From NCBI RefSeq assembly GCF_009914755.1, contig NC_060926.1: DNA of 64,000 bases. The stretch is one strand, 5' to 3'. A model generated the notes under the pieces. It had not been told where the DNA came from and ran no database searches. It saw nothing but the letters and a program-made list of their open reading frames with translations. The position numbers and the translations under genes were made by a program. The DNA comes from the human T2T-CHM13v2.0 reference genome, Homo sapiens. Below, piece by piece: positions 1 through 13,900 of the stretch (within the stretch, counting starts at the first letter, position 1; every line of letters begins with the position of its first letter).

Positions 1-135
1 TAAATGCTTGAGGTAATGAGTGCCTCATTTACCCTGATGTGATTATTACACATTGTATGCCTGTATCACAATTTCTCATGTAGCTGATAAGTATATACAA
101 CTATTATGTACTCACAAAAATTAAAAATAAAAAAA
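1..135 (+). mobile_element. L1MA-type LINE-1 3' end (L1MA1-3-like), cut by window edge
   Basis: taaatgcttgagg...gtgattattacacattgtatgcctgtatc...tatgtactcacaaaaattaaaaataaaaaaa matches the L1MA 3'UTR terminus plus A-tail. Confidence 0.75.
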
Positions 136-1260
<1,125 letters not shown>

Positions 1261-1304
1261 GGAAAGTCAATTCCTTCCCAAATTCAAGTACTGCCAATGT
1301 GATA

Positions 1305-2194
1305 TAGGTTGAGCATCCAAAGTTCAAAAATACAAAATGTAAAATGCTCCAAAAATACCATTTGACCCAGCAATCCCATTACTGCGTATATACCCAAAGG
1401 ATTATAAATCATGCTACTATAAAGATGCATGCACATGTATGTTTATTGCAGCACTATTTACAATAGCAAAGACTTTGAAACAACCCAAATGCCCATAAAT
1501 GATAGTCTGAATAAAGAAAATGTGGCACATATACACCATAGAATACTGTGCAGCCATAAAAAGAATGAGTTCATGTCCTTTGCCGGGACATGGATGAGGC
1601 TGGAAGCCATCATTCTCAGCAAACTAACATAGGAACAGAAATCCAAACACCACATGTTCTCTCTCATAAGTGGGAGTTGAACAATGAGAACACGTGGACA
1701 CAGGGAGGGGAACATCACACATCAGGGCCTGTCAGGGGGTGGGTGGGGGAGGGATAGCATCGGGAGAAATATCTAATGTAGATGACGGGTCGATGGGTGC
1801 AGCGAACCACAATGGCACATGTATACCTATGTAACAAACCTGCACATTCTGCACATGTATCCCAGAACTTAAAGTATAATAATAATAAAAAAATGCTCCA
1901 AATTCTAAAACTTCCAGGTAAAAAGTTCCACATCTGAACCCATGCAATGGTTCACAGTCAAAAATTCAGTCAAATTTTGTTCCGTGCACAAAATTATTAA
2001 ATATATTGTATAAAATTACCTTCTGGTTATGTGTACAAGGTGTATATGAAGCAAAAATGAATTTCATGTTTAGACTCGGGTACCATTCCCAAGGTATCTC
2101 ATCATGAATATGCAAGTATTCCAAAATCTGAAAAAAATCTGACATCGAAAACACTTTTGGTCCTAAGCATTTTGGATAATGGATATTCAACCTG
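1305..2194 (+). mobile_element. Tigger4b/MER46B-like TcMar-Tigger MITE, split by an L1PA
   Basis: TIRs (t/c)aggttgagcatcc ... ggatattcaacctg flanked by TA at 1303-1304 and 2195-2196; internal gcacaaaattattaaatatattgtataaaattacc. Confidence 0.85.
1354..1889 (+). mobile_element. 5'-truncated L1PA7/8-like 3' end
   Basis: ORF2 C-terminal and 3'UTR motifs, G-rich tract, gtatcccagaacttaaagtataataataataaaa; TSD aaaatgctccaaa at 1341-1353 and 1890-1902. Confidence 0.92.
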
Positions 2195-2489
2195 TAGTAT
2201 TAGGAAGTGAGGCCTTTAAGACATGGGTAAGTCGTAAGATCTCTTTCCTCATCCGTGGGATTAAGGTCCTCAAAAGAGAGGTTTCACACAGCTTTAGGCT
2301 AGCTGACTAGCCTGCTTTTCCATTCTTCTACCATGTGAGCACAGCAGAGCAGTCCTTACCAGACCACCGAACCTGCCGGTACTTACCTAGCCTCCAGAAC
2401 TGTATGAAACAAATTCCTCTTCTTTGTAAATTACCCAGTCTGTGGTATTCTGTTATAACAGCACAACTGGACTAAGATAACTAACTGCA

Positions 2490-2585
2490 GCTGCAACAAC
2501 CCTGTTTTCAAATAAACACATTCTGAGATGTCAGAATTTCAGATTTAAACATATAATTTTGCATGGCACAATTCAATCCATAATG
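2490..2585 (-). mobile_element. MLT1 (MLT1B/C/D-like) LTR terminal fragment
   Basis: ccctgttttcaaataaacacattctgag...cacaattcaatccataa resembles the reverse complement of the MLT1 5' end. Confidence 0.55.
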
Positions 2586-2630
2586 CCAAGTTTTGGCTTT
2601 GTTGTTTTTCTCTATTATGTCTTTGATTTC

Positions 2631-2928
2631 TTATTTATTTATTTTGAGATGGAGTCTCACACTGTCACCCAGGCTGGAGTGCAATGGTGCGATCTTGGCT
2701 CACTGCAACCTCCGCCTCTGGGTTCAAGCGATTCTCCTGCCTCAACCTCCCAAGTAGCTGAGATTACAGGCTCCTGCCACCATGTCCAGCTAATTTTTTG
2801 TATTTTTAATAGAGAGGGGGTTTCACTATGTTGGCCAGGCTGGTCTCAAACTCCTGACCTCGTGATCCACCCACCTTGGCCTCCAAACGTGCTGGGATTA
2901 CAGGTGTGAGCCACCACGCCGCCCAGCC
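2631..2928 (-). mobile_element. AluS (Sx/Sg-like)
   Basis: (ttta)n tail then gagatggagtctcac...gtgagccaccacgccgcccagcc; tgatttct on both flanks. Confidence 0.95.
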
Positions 2929-3864
2929 TGATTTCTAATTTTTTAACTTCTACACTTATCTACTTTTTAAAGGCTTTATTTGCCTCTTGTCTACTTTTAC
3001 AAGGCTTTATTTGCTGATTTTTTTCTCTTCTTGAGATGCACATTTAGAGCATTGAACTTTGACTTCCTCCCCTCTTGTCTAATGTATGATTTAATGTTAT
3101 TACTGTTTCTCTAAACAGTATTCCACGTTTTAATATGTCATATTTTTATCACTGATTTTAACATATATAAATTCTATTAAAATTTCTGATTTTATCCAAG
3201 TGTTATTTAAAGCTGTATTGACTTCTTATTGTGTTGAATTCAGTTTAATTTTTGCTTTCTCACAAATGCCCAAATTATCAGACTTACTCAAAACTTGCGT
3301 CTCACCCAGCACCAAGCTTTACAAGTAATTAGCAAAGAATACAAGATAGAGTCACAGCAAATGCCACATCAATAGCTAGGAGACCCCAATCCATTAAATA
3401 CAGCTCCCTGAAACAACTTTTCCAAATCAGGATATTGTTTAGATTCTAAATGACAAGCACTAACTTAATGTGATCAATGAGTTAATTGGGCCTGTTTAGT
3501 TTTCGGATCACTCAGCTTTTGTATCTCACTATTCACATAGTCAGAAGGCATATATGACTAACTTACATTTTTCAGGACAACAGTGGCTCACAAACCCAAA
3601 AACGGTAAGCTCGTTTATATGCTGGGTATTTCATGTTGTAAAGAGTTCTCAGATTATTACTCACACATAGAAAATCTCTTTTACAATCTTCATTTATACT
3701 CTAGATAGTAAATTCCATCAGTGAAGAATTATATGGAATTCTGCTTTGCATAAAAATCAGCCTCTCGTTTTCTAGCAATTTATTGAAATCTTGCCTCATG
3801 TTTCAGTATATGGTCAATTGTAGTAAATATTTTCTGTGCTTTTGAAATAAACGAATATTCTGTT

Positions 3865-4152
3865 GGGCAGGTGCAGTGACTCACGCCTGTAATCCCAGCA
3901 TTTTGGGAGGCCAAGGCGGGAGGATCATTTGAGGTCAGGAGTTCAAGACCAGCCTAGCCAGCATGGTGAAACCTCTTCTCTACTAAAAATACAAAAATCA
4001 GCCAGGCATTGTGGCAGTATTCCCAGCTACTCAGGAGGCTGAGACAGAAGAATTGCTGAACCCTGGAGGCAGAAGTTGCAGTGAGCTGAGATCACACCAT
4101 TGCCCTCCAGCCTGGGCGACAGAGCGAGACTCCATCTCAAAAAGGGAAAAAA
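3865..4152 (+). mobile_element. AluS (Sx/Sz-like)
   Basis: Alu dimer; TSD core atattctgtt at 3855-3864 and 4157-4166. Confidence 0.95.
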
Positions 4153-4519
4153 ATGTATATTCTGTTATTATTGGGTGTAGAGTTATATTTATACAATTAG
4201 GTTATATGTGTTAAAGATGTTTGGATTTCCTAAATCTCTACTAAATATTTTTTCTTGTTCTGTTATTAGGAGAAATGTAAAATTTTTCTCTATGAATTTG
4301 GATTTGTCTATTTCTCCTATTAATTCGATTACTTTTCCCCTTTTTCAAGTTTATTAGGAATACAGAAATTTAAACTTGTTTGACCTTACTAGATGATTGG
4401 CCTTTTATCACTTTAAAATTTCCTATTTATTTCTAATAATGCTATCTTTAAGTCTACCGTTATTTTTAACCTCCTTGTGTCCTTATATTAAAGGTGTGTC
4501 GATTGCAAGCATATACTTA

Positions 4520-4622
4520 CACTATATAGGAGTATATAATTATACCATATAGATTATATATAGTATATATATATATATATATACATACACACACAAGGAG
4601 TATATAATTATACTATATAGTC
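4520..4622. repeat. (TA)n/(CA)n microsatellite bracketed by a 25-bp direct repeat
   Basis: aggagtatataattatac(c/t)atatag at 4528-4552 and 4596-4620. Confidence 0.85.
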
Positions 4623-4779
4623 TATCTTTTTATTACTTAGCCTAGTTATGTTTAGTATAATTATTAATCTGTTGGAGTTTATGTTTACCATCTTATTGTT
4701 TTCTATTTGAACCATCTCTCAGTTTTATGGAAAGAGGCCTATGCACACATATTCACTTAGTATCTCTCACTAATACTTT

Positions 4780-4990
4780 AGCCACTTCCTCACAGAAGCC
4801 CACCCAACCTCAAGTCTAGATACGATTCCTTTTTGTAGTCATTTTTGTAGTATCGTCTTCTTTTTCCTAAGAGCACGTCGCTCAGTTATTTTGTGTGAAT
4901 ATTTAATTAATGTCTGTTTCTTCTTTTAGACTATAATTTGATGATGGTAGGACTTTTTTTATTATAAATAAATATTTGTAGCATTAAATT
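4780..4990 (+). mobile_element. L2 3' end fragment
   Basis: cacttcctcacagaagccc, attaatgtctgtttc...tagactataa...ggtaggac, aataaatatttgt. Confidence 0.55.
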
Positions 4991-6389
4991 AATATGTAAA
5001 TTCTGTAACTAATTCTACCTTTCTTTACAATCAAAGGTTAAATACAAACAACTTTCATAAATAATCTACCCATTTCCTTTATGTAGAAGCGCATCATCTC
5101 ACTGAGGAACCACTATTATATTGAGTCTAAATTGTCCTACCATTGATCATGTCAAGCCCTCTCTTCAGGGACTTTGAGAGGCTTTGCAGTTTCCTGCAAT
5201 AGTGGGCTCATTTCATCACATTTCCTGAGACAACCCTGTTTCTTGCACATCCACAGGGAGGGTGAATAGGACTGACCCAGTGCTCATTTATTGCAAATAT
5301 TTTCCAGATTATTTGGTGCAAATTCCTCTTCTACAATATTCCATTGTCATTTTTAAGTGAACTCGTCAAAGCTAAGGGCTCTGACTCATGAATGTTCACT
5401 TTCTTCCTGGATTAAGTAGGCAGTCACAGTAAAAAATGTCTGATGACTCAAAGTTTCTATGAGTGTATTCAAGATTTTTTCTCTTTTGAAAAATCACTCT
5501 GAGTACAAGCGGAAGAAATAATGATGTGCTATGTGTCCTTCCTGACATCCCTACGTAAACGGTACACTCTTCAGGACTTTTATTCTTTCAGAAATATTCC
5601 AGCTTTTCAAGGTCCTTTGATCCATGTTTTAATTAAAGGAAAAAATTATTTCTTTTTATGCATGTACTTTAAGAAAGTTTATACCAATAATTCAAATTAA
5701 GCAGAATAAGTACCATGAAAATTAGAGAAAATCAAATCAGGCGAATAAACCTATTGCAAATTACCTGGAGGCTTGACTTGTCCTTGGGTCAAGTTGCATT
5801 GTATTAGAATAAATATAATCTGCTGAGTGTAAATGAAAACTCAGGGAATAGGGCAGCCTTATACAAATATCAACAGATATCTTACTCTGCTCACTACAGT
5901 CAACAGATTAAAAAATAGATCTTTATGGCACCAGGAGCTTAAAATTTGTGAAATAAATGTTTAGAAAATTTCATTATCTAACTCCTCGAAGAAAGCCCTT
6001 CTGCTGTATTTCAACTAGATACTGGACATCACAGCTTCTGGAGTCTATAGGATTTGTCCATGCCAAAAATATTTATGATTTACTTTTCCTCTGAAAGGCT
6101 ATTGTTGCCATATTGTTGCACAATGGCTTTCTGAGACCAATCAACTTTCTCTAGGGCCCAGGAAGAGTAAAATCAATAGTACACCCCTCAATCATTATCT
6201 CAACTGATTTTTGATGGTACTTCTTCACTATACAGCAACCATTCTATTCCTGTGGTAACAAGTTTTTATATTAACACATTGAACACATTAGTTTCTTATC
6301 ACAAACCCCTCCAACCCACAATAAACTAGGATTTTGATTTTCACATAACAGAACACATTTGCTCATTAAAGATGGAGCAAGGGCTCGGG

Positions 6390-6426
6390 GGAGAGAGAGA
6401 GAGAGAGAGTGAGAGAGAGTGAGAGA
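6390..6426. repeat. (GA)n microsatellite
   Basis: gagagagaga... directly visible. Confidence 0.9.
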
Positions 6427-7994
6427 TTGAGATTTTTCCCAAAGACAATTTAGTTCTTTTTCAAAAAGTAAACTACGGACTCCCACTCCTGTCCATGACA
6501 GAATGAATCTGACTAGACTTGCTCTCCCATAGTAAACAAGTAGGAAACCAAACAAAATATATAAAACAAACAATTGTTTTCAGAGACTGGACAACAGACA
6601 GTACAGGTGTGTGATTCTGAGGTAAGGGAAGCAAATGATATGATCCCTAAAATAACCTTGGCTTTCTACCTGGAGACATTTTCCAGACCACAATATGGAA
6701 AAGAAATCCCAAGCAGAGAATGGTACTATCTCTGAATTAGGGAAATCGTTTCTGAGTTTGGAGAGGCTGAGACTACTAGAATTTGGGGGCAGAGTAAAAA
6801 AGGACAGAGCTACGCAGAGAAAAAGCTCCATAAATCTGCACCAGCGTGCCTATGAGTCTTTGTACATTTATAGGGTAAGGCTCTATAAGGAGGCTAAGCA
6901 GAAAATAATCACAATGGAAAGAATGACTAATAAGGAGATATTCATTCTAGAATTCTGAGAGCTAGAAGACATATGAGTTTTGACTAATAGGAATGGCGAT
7001 ACTCGAACTCCTGGGGTATTCAATGGAAGCTTCAAAAAGGTAACTTTTTTTAGTAGAGCTGGAGTGATCTAGAAAAAGGGTACTCAGGTTATATCCTAAC
7101 ATAACATGAAAAATGGAGGAAAAATGAGATGATTCACAAGTGACTTAATTACCAAAAACAATACTCAATACTCTTTAAAGAAAAATCATAAATCATAATA
7201 TTGCAATGCCTAGGATTTCATAAAAATATTACTAGACATGTGAGAAAGCAGAAAATATGATTCAGAACAAAGAGAACAATCAACTGGTAGAAAAAAACCA
7301 GAAATGACAGAGAGAGTGGAATTGGAAGATATTAATTTTAAAATAACTAATATAAATATCTTAAAGGATTTAGAGGAAACTATTAATATAGTCAAGAGAA
7401 CCTAGAAGATTAATAAAGACAGAAATGGAAAAATAGATAAACAAAACATATATTATCTGTAAAGAAAAATCCACTGAGAAATAAAGAATAGATAGATGTG
7501 GCAAAGGGAAAAAAAATCCAGAATAAAACATGAGCAGCAAAAGATTGAAACAAAAATAAACAGATCTTCAGGAACCTGTAGGAAAATGTTTGGCAATTTA
7601 TTATGTATATAACTGGAGGATCAGAAGAGCAGAACAAAAAAAAGTTAAAAGAATAAATGCCACATTTTTGCAAATTTCATAAAAATTATAAACTCTCAAA
7701 TCTGAGAAACCCAACACAACTCAAGCAGGATAAACATAAAGAAAACTATACTAAGGCCCATTATAATGTATTTCCATAACCAACAATAAAAAGGAAATCT
7801 TGAAGGTAGCAAAGTAGAAGCAAATACGACATACAAACAAAGATAATGACAAAGATATGACAAAGATAAAAATGACCACTGACTTCTCATTAGAAACAGT
7901 GAATTCTAGAAGACAATACAATGACATCTTTGAATTGCTGAAATAAAATTATCAACCTAGAATTCTACATCTAGTGACAATATTCTTTAAAGTG

Positions 7995-8292
7995 ATGGTA
8001 TTTGATTTTAGGTTAAGATTTCTGTGTGTGTCTGTGTGTGGGTACACACACAAATACATATATGTGTATATACACAAATGTATTTATATTTCTATAACAA
8101 CATATGCATATATTTGTGCACATGCACACATACACATATACTCCATATATATGAAGAGAAGGATTGAATTGTAAAACAAATATGGTAAAGTTGTATTGTT
8201 TAGGGATTCTGAATGGTGTATAGAATTTTATTTACACTATTTTTGAAATTTTTTGTAAGTCTGAAATTATTTTAAAAATGAAAAGTTAAAAA
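7995..8292 (+). mobile_element. L1MC4/L1MC5-like 3' end with (CA/TA)n, nested in the L1ME ORF1
   Basis: aaacaaatatggtaaag...tactattttt...tttgtaagtctgaaattattttaaaaatgaaaagtt. Confidence 0.55.
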
Positions 8293-8506
8293 ACAGAATC
8301 AAAGACAAATTTCTGATGAACAAAAGCCTAGTGAATTTTTGGCCATGAGACATTCATTACATGAAATTACAAAAACGAACTTTTTTAGACTGAAAGAAAA
8401 TGATGTCAGAGGACAACTTGGATATACACAAAACAATGACTTGGACCAGAAATAGAAATAATGGCAATGAAATAAAAAACAGATGAACAATGTAAAAGTC
8501 AATGAA

Positions 8507-8775
8507 ATGCCTGTAATCTCAGCACTTTGGGAGGCTGAGGCAAGTGGATCATGAGGTCAGGAGTTCAAGACCAGCCTGACCAACATAGTGAAACCCCATC
8601 TCTACTAAAAATACAAAAAAAAGCTTGGCATGGTGGTACATGCCTGTAATCCCAGCTACTCAGGAGGCCGAGGCAGGAGAATTGCTTGATCTGGGAGGCG
8701 GAGGTTGCAGTGGGCCAAGATCGCACCACTGCACTCCAGCCTGGGTGGCAGAGTGAAACTCTGTCTCAGAAAAAA
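8507..8775 (+). mobile_element. AluS (Sg/Sx-like), lacking the first ~18 nt
   Basis: starts atgcctgtaatctcagcactttgggagg; ggatcatgaggtcagg; ends gaaactctgtctcagaaaaaa. Confidence 0.93.
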
Positions 8776-9042
8776 GGCAAATAAAACTAAATGCTGGATT
8801 TCTGAAAAGATCAATAAAGTTGATAAAGTCTAGATAGACTGATCAAGGAAAAAACAAGAGAGAAAATACATCAATTACCAATATCAGGAATGGAAGAGGG
8901 GATACCACTACAAGTTTTACAGACAGTAAAAGCATAATAAGATAATAGTATAAACATTTAATCTCATTGGTTCTCATAATTTTTGATTTCACAGAATTTG
9001 TTCCTTTCATATAAGTTGTTGAACTTAATGGCAAAAGCTGGA

Positions 9043-9135
9043 AAGCCCAGGAGGCAGAGATTGGAGTGAGTGGACATTGCACCACTGCACTCCAGCCTGG
9101 GTGACAGGCAAGAGCTCATCTCAAAAATAAATAAA
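9043..9135 (+). mobile_element. Alu right-arm 3' fragment
   Basis: agcccaggaggcagagattggagtgag...accactgcactccagcctgggtgaca...tctcaaaaataaataaat. Confidence 0.85.
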
Positions 9136-10213
9136 TATTCCTTCTAATATTTATTTATATATGTTATATATATTTCTTCTAATATTTACATATATATCTA
9201 AATAAATAAATATTCCTTCTAGAAATAGAAGGAAACTTCCTCTAAATGATAAAGTGCATACATGAAACATCCATAGCTAACATAGCAGTGGAAGGTTGTT
9301 TAGGATTAAGAAAAAACAAGAATGTCAGCTTTCACTTCTTTTCAACATTTTTCTGGAGGTCCTAGCTCCAGCAGAATAAGGCAAGAAAATATAAGGTATA
9401 CAGGCTGAAAGAGACAAAATAAAATTCTCCTTATTTTCAAGCAATAGAATATGTGTATAGAATATTCTAAGTAATATACATAAAGCTACTGGAATGAATA
9501 ATTTATCACAATTTCAAAATGCAAAGTCAAACTACAAAATCAAATTATAATTCTATCTTTAAGCAAAAAATAATTGAAATATGAAACAACTGGATGTAAA
9601 GTTGTAAAATATTATTTAATATTTTCAATAATAATTTAACATTTAAAAAATATTCACCTCAAAACATCAAATATTTAGAAATAACTTTTAGTAATGAGAT
9701 GTACAAGACCTATACACTGAAAACTACAAAACCTACCCGAGAAAATAAAAAAGAAATAAAGAGGCAATGAATTAAAAAATACATTGTTAGAATTTCAATT
9801 GTTCTCAAACTAATATGTAGATTTCAAAAAAGTCACAGTCAATATCTTTTCCTATAGTTCCTTTATAGACATTGTTATGGTGATACTTAAATTTCACACG
9901 TAAATGCAAATAACCTTAAAACTAAAGATAGGTTCTAGCAGCTTCTTAATTGCAGCTATCAAATATCAAAATTCCAATACTATCTGGATTGTGACTCAGA
10001 GCATGCTATGATGCTTATAAAGAGATAGATCAGTTATGCCATTTCCATCTATTATGGCCATAAATCTAATGCATAATTGGAATTTGAAGCTGTGGCATTT
10101 CCTCCACTGCTAATACAATTAAAATCTTGGAAGAATGTTCAAAACTTTAGTTTTTTTTTTCATAATAGAGACAGAATAGGAATGACAAGCAAATGGAAAG
10201 CATAATTTCAAGT

Positions 10214-10650
10214 CTGTCAGTCAGTATTTTAGGAAAACAGAAAATACGTCAGAAATTTTAAACAGAATGGAATTCAATACAGGGAATTAGAGCCTATGGA
10301 ATTGTTGGAAAGACTGTGATAGTGTTCAGGGAAAGCCCCTGCTGGATTTCCTAAAAAAAAATTTCCGAAACACTGGGAAGTGGAAGAACTGAAGGAACTG
10401 TAGGAATCCACTGTTAATGATCATAGTAGAACCAAACTGGGTAATTTTTAGTAGGATGCTCAGAAACTTTCACACCTGCCCATTGCTGCCACAAGACCAA
10501 TGATGGTTTCTACTTCTGTTTCTCTTCCCAACTATTGAGTAAGTGCTTTTTACGGAAGAAGTGTGACCAGCACTCTGCTGGTAATAGGGATTCTTGGAAA
10601 TATAGTTTCAAAACTTCCAACTGCTGTAATATAGGAAAGAAGAGACTATC
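10214..10650 (-). mobile_element. Ancient LTR (LTR78/LTR79/MLT1M-like; family uncertain)
   Basis: tgtcagtcag...ggaaaacagaa...ggaattcaatacagggaatt and ctctgctggtaatagggattcttggaaatatagtttc are typical ends of old LTRs read antisense. Confidence 0.5.
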
Positions 10651-10677
10651 TGTCACAATAAGACATAGAAATAAGAT

Positions 10678-10900
10678 ATGTTGTTCATTTGATAAATATT
10701 TGTTAGTACATACTTACAATATGCAAGGGACTACTCTAGGCTGTGAGGGGAGACATTGACACCTGTCCTAAAATAAATTGCAACTTAGAGGCAAAAATAA
10801 GACTTGTACCTAAATACTACAGTTGAAGGAAGTATATGGTTAGTGCCACATCTGTAATGTAAACAAAGTGATAACAAAAGTAGAAAAGCATTTATGGAAC
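10678..10900 (-). mobile_element. L2 3' fragment
   Basis: ttcatttgataaatatttgttagtacatactt...atgcaagggactactctaggctgtg. Confidence 0.6.
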
Positions 10901-12677
10901 TCTAAATTTCATGTTGTTCAATTAGTTGCCTAATATGTTTAATTAGCAATACTCTTAGTATTTACATTGCAAGAAGCATTTGCCATGAAGTAAATAAATC
11001 TCTGTTTATCTATTGCCAGTTGCATGCTTCCCTTAAGACAATTGAGCTATTGCTGGATGTTGAGTTTGTAGATTAACTGTAATTTAGTAGAACTCTCCTA
11101 TTCCAGAGTCCAGATCTGAGTTATGCACATTGAGGCACTTAATTTTGTCAGTTCACTGAGGAATTAACATGTCCCAGGGTCTAAGTTATACTAAGCAACA
11201 CTTAACAAACAAATGTGTACACCAGAAGGTCATGTTTTCATTTACCTTGGGAAGTCTGTCTAACCAGATAACTGGTTGTATAAATAGGGCAAAACTTTTT
11301 AATAGGGAGAGCTAGTACCCAGGGAGTCATTTTAAGACTACTCATTCCCTGGACTCAGTTGTATACTTGCTGAAGTGACAATTGTCTTAGTAGACAATAC
11401 ATACACTGAATAGACAGAGAAGGACCCTAAATCCTTGCTTTAGAGTAGTACAATGGAATACTGACAAATTCTTATTCAGAAACATACTTTCTACGCTCAC
11501 ACAAAACACTATATTTGTGTTTGTGACTGCCATCAGCATAGAATAATTTCCAGGGTTTCAGTCTATTGCATATTAGTTTTATTTTTGATTGGCATCTGCC
11601 TGGTGATATTTGGTAACACCCTGGTTTTGTTTATAAAACTTCTCCTATTGTGGGTTAACTCTGCAGATGGCTTATTGTATTAATTTTCTGTAGTTTCTTA
11701 CTAGCTACAGTTTCAGAGGGTGATATGTCCAACAGGTGTCAAAATTTTAGAGTTGTGCCTCATTTGTCATTTAGAGATGCAGATATATTGACTGTAGTAA
11801 ATACAGAGAGTTAAGAGTAGTAATTATAACCATAAATAGTGTCTGGATATTTTGGAGTTATTCTTAATAAAGGTTATAAAACATTTCAAAGCTGCTTTGT
11901 ATTATTTTACAAATGGAACACACACTGCTTCTTAATAGTCATGCAGATGTAAAAAATTACTCTCATTATTCAAACAGAGACAAGTGACACCATATTGTAA
12001 AATGTTATTTTTATCTCGGCAAAGGGTTAGAAACAGTTTCATTCTGATCCCCAACCTTTTATTCTACTTAAACTCTCCGTTCATATGTAGTGATGTAGAT
12101 AACTATTTTAAGTTACTAACAGTTTGTGATTTTTGTCCCTTTCGCTCTTTGCAATGATAATTGGCTAATTAGAGAGCTGATCATTCACAAAAAAAACACA
12201 GCCCTGTTGAGAAGCTGGCTTTAGATATGGAAATGTACTAATATATTAAAAAGGATAATTTTGAATGTGTTTTTCTCCTAAAATTCAAATGTTACTGCTT
12301 TTTCTTGTCTTTACTACTAAAAGGTCATCAATGACACATTTTAAATACACTAAAAAGTAAACTATGACTAATTTGTTTTATAAACCTTATACTTTAATGT
12401 TTGTTCACATTTTAAAAATGTGCCACTCTCATGTATTTATGCATAAAACCTTGGCTCAATCAACTATGACATTAACATTTGGTTTCATCTTTACATGTGG
12501 CCATTAGCACATTAAGTTTTAAGAATCATAGAATCTCCTTTAGATATTTTTATGGGAAAGGCACACTTACTCAAAGAGTATAGATTGAGAATATCCTTTT
12601 GCAAACTATGTATAGGATACTAAATAGAATTATTTTTCTTAGCCCATGGTTCTATGGTTGTATAAAAACAAAGGTTT

Positions 12678-13380
<703 letters not shown>

Positions 13381-13639
13381 GTTCTATAATCAAGCACAAC
13401 TGTGGATCAGTTACTTTAATGGAAGACAAAAATAAATATGATATGCAATGGTACTTAGCTTAAGAAATATACTCTCATTTTGAAAAGGGTAACACATTTT
13501 TTGGTTTGCTTTAGGCAGGTCAGGATCAATGTTGCATTGATTTTAGTGCCTGAAATTGTAATGTCTCTTAGCTTTCTCTCCTTATATGTCCAAATAGAGC
13601 CCATTTTAAGAGATTTTTTAAAATAGGGGAATCAGCAGC

Positions 13640-13900
13640 CAAGTTGCATGACCCAACCATCTTGAAGACAATTTTTTAGACTGAAGTGAGCCTCTGACCC
13701 ATGGCATCCTACATAAAGGCTGGTCACAGTCTAGAAGAGGTCTGGCTCAAAGGCTTATTCCATAGCAATGACAATAATGACTTAGGCCAATCATATAGTC
13801 TCTCTTGAGAAAGTCTGAATGAAGATGTGAAAAAAGAGATTGTCAAGTAGTGGCCTGAACAGGAATACCTAGTTTTGGGAGCAGAACCTAAAAGGTGACT
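13640..13900 (+). mobile_element. Possible ancient LTR fragment (LTR16/LTR33/LTR102-like)
   Basis: gacttaggccaatcatatagtctctcttgagaaagtctgaa resembles the CCAAT-containing core of old ERVL-class LTRs. Confidence 0.3.

Larger units (their letters stand above)
1272..2479 (+). mobile_element. MaLR LTR (MSTC/MSTD-like), split by Tigger4b
   Basis: aaattcaagtactgccaatgtgaTA ... TAgtattaggaagtgaggcctttaag is contiguous MST sequence once the insert is removed; ends aattacccagtctgtggtattctgttataacagcacaactggactaagata. Confidence 0.8.
2990..4715 (-). mobile_element. Ancient L1M/L1ME ORF2 remnant, fragmented by an Alu, a microsatellite and an unassigned ~0.5 kb segment
   Basis: T-rich; tatatggtcaattgtagtaaatattttctgtgcttttgaa, ggatttgtctatttctcct, ctatctttaagtctac resemble antisense L1 ORF2. 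Confidence 0.6.
6485..9920 (+). mobile_element. Ancient L1ME-type element: 5'UTR, ORF1 and ORF2 remnants with deletions and nested insertions
   Basis: 5'-end motifs (aattgttttcagagactggacaacag, gagctacgcagagaaaaagctcc), ORF1 motifs (tatcaacctagaattctacatcta), ORF2 motifs (aagatcaataaagttgataaa, gatgtacaagacctatacactgaaaactacaaaac); no intact ORF. Confidence 0.75.
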
